Assembly (NCBI GenBank): GCA_017618595.1
Contig: JAFZTZ010000022.1
Location: 1 to 38,193 of the forward strand
Reading direction: 5' to 3'
Length of the DNA stretch: 38,193 bases
Source: Alphaproteobacteria bacterium
GTDB lineage: Bacteria; Pseudomonadota; Alphaproteobacteria; Rs-D84
This document shows positions 35,543 to 38,193 of this stretch, in pieces. The notes under the pieces are model-generated. The model searched no databases, was not told the DNA's origin, and saw nothing but the letters and a program-made list of their open reading frames with translations. Position 1 is the first letter of the stretch. Every line of letters starts with the position of its first letter. Both the position numbers and the translations under genes were made by a program.

Positions 35543-36562
35543 ATGAACGGTATTTTATTATTTGCCGGTGCGGTGTTTGTACTGTGGCTTGGCAGTTCGA
35601 TTTTTATTCCATTACTGGTTGCGACATTTTTATGGTATTTGATAAACGCGATGTCCACGTATTATCGAAAAATGTTCCCAGAAAATGGTCATAAAATATT
35701 GTTCACATTTTTATCAAACATTTTATCACTTGGAACATTCGTTGGGTTAATATATTTATTCGTGACACACGTTCGCCCGATGTTTTCAGAACTGTTGGTT
35801 GCAATGCCCGGGATCCAGGCTGGTTTAAATTCCCTGTGGAATTATATATCAAACACATTGGGAATCGATTTAACAGATATCGCAATACCAAACATAACAT
35901 ATATTGTATCTAGTGTCGGTTCATCTGTTGCACGCATTGCGGCATCTATGGGCATGGTAATTGTATATATGATATTTATGTTTGTAGAACAAAGTACATT
36001 TCATAAAAAATTTGCAGAATTATTCCCGAACAAAAGCCAGGGTAAAAAGGCACGTTATATTCTGGAAAGTATCGATGAAAATATGAAAAAATATTTATTT
36101 ATGAAAACACTAATATCGGGAATAACGGGATTGGTATCATTTGCATGGATGTATATGTTAGATTTGGAATTCGCAGGCATCTGGGCATTTGCGATATTTA
36201 TTTTAAGTTATATTCCAACAATCGGTGCGATTATCGGTTGCGCAATGCCAATATTGTTTGCGGCAATTTCAGGGGCAACATTAAATGAAATTGTACTGAT
36301 ATCATTGGGACTTATCGGGTTGCAGATTATATTTGGAAATATCATAGAACCAAAATTAACCGGAAAAACATTGAACCTGTCCACGCTGGCCATACTTATC
36401 AACTTGGTATTCTGGGGATTAATCTGGGGTGTCGCCGGTATGTTCTTTAGTGTTCCATTATTGGTGGCAACATTTATCATCACGGCGCAGTTTGATTCTA
36501 CGCGTTGGATTGCAATATTACTGTCCGCCGATGGTAAAATACCAGATAAAAGCGAAGATTAA
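35543..36562 (+). CDS. AI-2E family (PerM/YhhT-like) membrane transporter
   Basis: It has about eight TM segments and a C-terminal ...GNIIEPKLTGKTLNLSTLAILINLVFWGLIWGVAGMFFSVPL... block typical of the family. Confidence 0.75.
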   Translation: MNGILLFAGAVFVLWLGSSIFIPLLVATFLWYLINAMSTYYRKMFPENGHKILFTFLSNILSLGTFVGLIYLFVTHVRPMFSELLVAMPGIQAGLNSLWNYISNTLGIDLTDIAIPNITYIVSSVGSSVARIAASMGMVIVYMIFMFVEQSTFHKKFAELFPNKSQGKKARYILESIDENMKKYLFMKTLISGITGLVSFAWMYMLDLEFAGIWAFAIFILSYIPTIGAIIGCAMPILFAAISGATLNEIVLISLGLIGLQIIFGNIIEPKLTGKTLNLSTLAILINLVFWGLIWGVAGMFFSVPLLVATFIITAQFDSTRWIAILLSADGKIPDKSED

Positions 36563-36607
36563 TTCAAACCAAAACACAAAAAATGTAAAGTCTTTCACAA
36601 ACCAAAC

Positions 36608-36636
36608 TTGACAAATAATAAATTATGTATTATTAT
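36608..36636 (+). promoter_or_regulatory. Sigma70-type promoter of the downstream OMP gene
   Basis: TTGACA (36608-36613), a 17-nt spacer, then TATTAT (36631-36636). It ends 23 nt upstream of the ATG at 36660. Confidence 0.5.
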
Positions 36637-36659
36637 AGTTAAGAAAATAAGGATAAAAA

Positions 36660-37661
36660 ATGCAAAATAAAAAGACGAAATTTAATATAGCTGACATTAG
36701 AATCAAACTTCAACAAGTGTTTTTAACTTTTGTTTCTTTACTGTGCGTCGGCGGCGCTGCTTCGGCCCAGACCAAAGACCAAAACGATGGCGAAAGATCT
36801 GCACAAACGGAAGTTAAGGTTGGATTTAGTAATATTTCTGCCCTTGAACTTCAAAAGGACAAAACTGTATTTTATAACGATATTATGCCGACATTTAGTG
36901 CAAATGTTGAGAAAAATGGTTTTTACGGGAATTTTTCGGCTGCGGAATTGTTCATTGTGAACAACACCGATTTAAAAACAATTAACAACAAGTGCCTTTT
37001 GGAAATCGGTAAACATTTCGGTCCTAATACTAAATTATTTTTAAAATCTGGTCGTGATGTAACAGAACTTGGCACCGTGTTTCTTAACGGTGTTCAAAAT
37101 ATGAAATACGATACTGAAAAAACACTTGCGATGTTCGGTAACCTTAGTGAACGTGTCGTATTGGGCGTCCAGGCAAACGGTACCATGATTGAACTTGGTA
37201 TGATCGGTGGTTATGGCCAGGGATTTTTCATTATCCCAAATCCAAATCAGGCAGATTTTTGGGCCAAGGTAAGTCAATCTTTTACCGCGGACGGATGGAA
37301 GTTTGTTTTTGCAACCTCGACAGAAATCGGTAATACAAATAAACTTTTTGCGACCGCAACTGCGACCAATGGTCAAATTGGTGTAACGACTGGTGGTAAT
37401 TACAATTTCGACACCAAGGCTTTCAATGCCTTTGTTCGTGGTGCATACACGACACTTGATAATAATATGACATATGTTGTTCAGGGGCTTAAAAAGAACG
37501 AAACTTACTCTGTCATGATTGGTGCCGGCAAAAACGGTGTCCAAGGTTTTATCGGGGTTGAAAACATAACCACAACCCAAACAGATAATCCGGAATTTAT
37601 ATCGACCCCAACAGTTAGCGTCGGTGTAAGTTATAATTTTAACAAGGGTAAAACACTTTAA
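36660..37661 (+). CDS. Outer-membrane beta-barrel (porin-like) protein
   Basis: The signal peptide ends ...GGAASA|QT. Amphipathic strands alternate throughout, and a near-terminal VSVGVSYNF is present. Confidence 0.6.
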   Translation: MQNKKTKFNIADIRIKLQQVFLTFVSLLCVGGAASAQTKDQNDGERSAQTEVKVGFSNISALELQKDKTVFYNDIMPTFSANVEKNGFYGNFSAAELFIVNNTDLKTINNKCLLEIGKHFGPNTKLFLKSGRDVTELGTVFLNGVQNMKYDTEKTLAMFGNLSERVVLGVQANGTMIELGMIGGYGQGFFIIPNPNQADFWAKVSQSFTADGWKFVFATSTEIGNTNKLFATATATNGQIGVTTGGNYNFDTKAFNAFVRGAYTTLDNNMTYVVQGLKKNETYSVMIGAGKNGVQGFIGVENITTTQTDNPEFISTPTVSVGVSYNFNKGKTL

Positions 37662-37686
37662 AAAACGGTCGCAAATGCGACCGTTT
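37661..37686. terminator. Bidirectional intrinsic terminator (ACGGTCGCA hairpin family, inverted copy of the 14349 element)
   Basis: aaaacggtcgca-aa-tgcgaccgtttt lies between convergent genes. Confidence 0.7.
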
Positions 37687-37691
37687 TTATC

Positions 37692-38193
37692 TTAATCGTT
37701 TATTGTCCATAACCAACAATTCGCATCGGTATGTGCCGCGCCGTCTGGCCATCCCGCACATGTCATTTTATTCGCTTTGGTTTCAACAAATGCCGCGGTT
37801 GCAATTTTTGCCGCATCATTTGTCGCGTTGTATGTTGTTGACCCATCATATGTCGCAACTCCTGTTCCTAATGCACCGTTTGCATCATAATTCGCCAATG
37901 TATTCGCCGTTCCGGTTGGCACACGCGCATTTAATGCCGTAATAATCGCACCGGTCGTTGGTATTGTTGTCGCGGTGGCATCGCTGCCCAATGATGTTAC
38001 AATGCCGCGTGTTCCCGGGGTACCAAGTGTTCCGTATGTAACAATACTGCCATTCGGATATGTCGTATCATCATTCGCCAAAAGTTTGTCTTGCTTGGTG
38101 TCTAATGCCACACTCGCCGCTGTAGCCGCTGTATTCGCCAGAACATATGCATCGTCAGCTCTCTGTTTTGCAACAGTGACAGCACTAGCTGCA
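37692..38193 (-). CDS. Phage-tail-fibre-like protein, C-terminal part. The N-terminus runs off the right window edge.
   Basis: The frame stays open upstream of the track's GTG (38111) to the window end (...AASAVTVAKQRADDAYVLANTAATAASVALDTKQDKL...). Fibre-type motifs are ALDTKQDKL and AAKIATAAFVETKANK. The G/T/A-rich repeats end in the Cys pair ...CAGWPDGAAHTDANCWLWTIND. Confidence 0.65.
   Translation of the reverse strand, partial: AASAVTVAKQRADDAYVLANTAATAASVALDTKQDKLLANDDTTYPNGSIVTYGTLGTPGTRGIVTSLGSDATATTIPTTGAIITALNARVPTGTANTLANYDANGALGTGVATYDGSTTYNATNDAAKIATAAFVETKANKMTCAGWPDGAAHTDANCWLWTIND

Noticed and set aside
37041-37580. A 179-aa minus-strand ORF inside the porin-like gene
   Set aside because: It is an antisense shadow ORF. 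The plus-strand gene has a promoter, an RBS, a signal peptide and beta-strand periodicity.

Overview
The window reads as a gene-dense, moderately AT-rich chromosomal segment of a Gram-negative bacterium. The ftsE-ftsX-DUF218-plsC synteny and the EF-P and ParE sequence signatures suggest an alphaproteobacterium with a compact genome, but that is inference only. All identifications come from motif recognition by eye, with no database search. Most genes are housekeeping: ftsEX, plsC, tolB, fba, efp, dnaN, asmA-like, rluC-like, uvrC, pgsA, dnaJ, parE, dnaA, dprA, plsY, rpsT, sufBC and an AI-2E permease. Many envelope or secreted proteins of unknown function are interspersed among them. I saw no rRNA, tRNA, CRISPR array, transposase or integrase. 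The parts most worth a second look are listed below.
1. A self-contained RHH (BrnA-like) plus DinD-like two-gene cassette with an operator-rich promoter (7044-8372).
2. An orphan type IVb-pilus outer-membrane pair, TcpQ/PilL-like plus a PilN-type lipoprotein secretin (29994-32810). An atypical prepilin gene lies elsewhere, coupled to rluC.
3. Phage-tail-fibre-like secreted repeat proteins that run off both window edges.
4. parE broken by a 1-nt deletion that is not in a homopolymer.
5. A sufBC-only Fe-S module, translationally coupled to an unknown membrane protein.
6. An orphan VirB2-like pilin next to a large protein of unknown function.
7. Recurrent non-coding motifs: extended -10 promoters, a thrice-repeated terminator hairpin and tandem palindromes.
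None of these can be called a new system from sequence alone. The RHH/DinD-like cassette and the orphan secretin pair are the best candidates.
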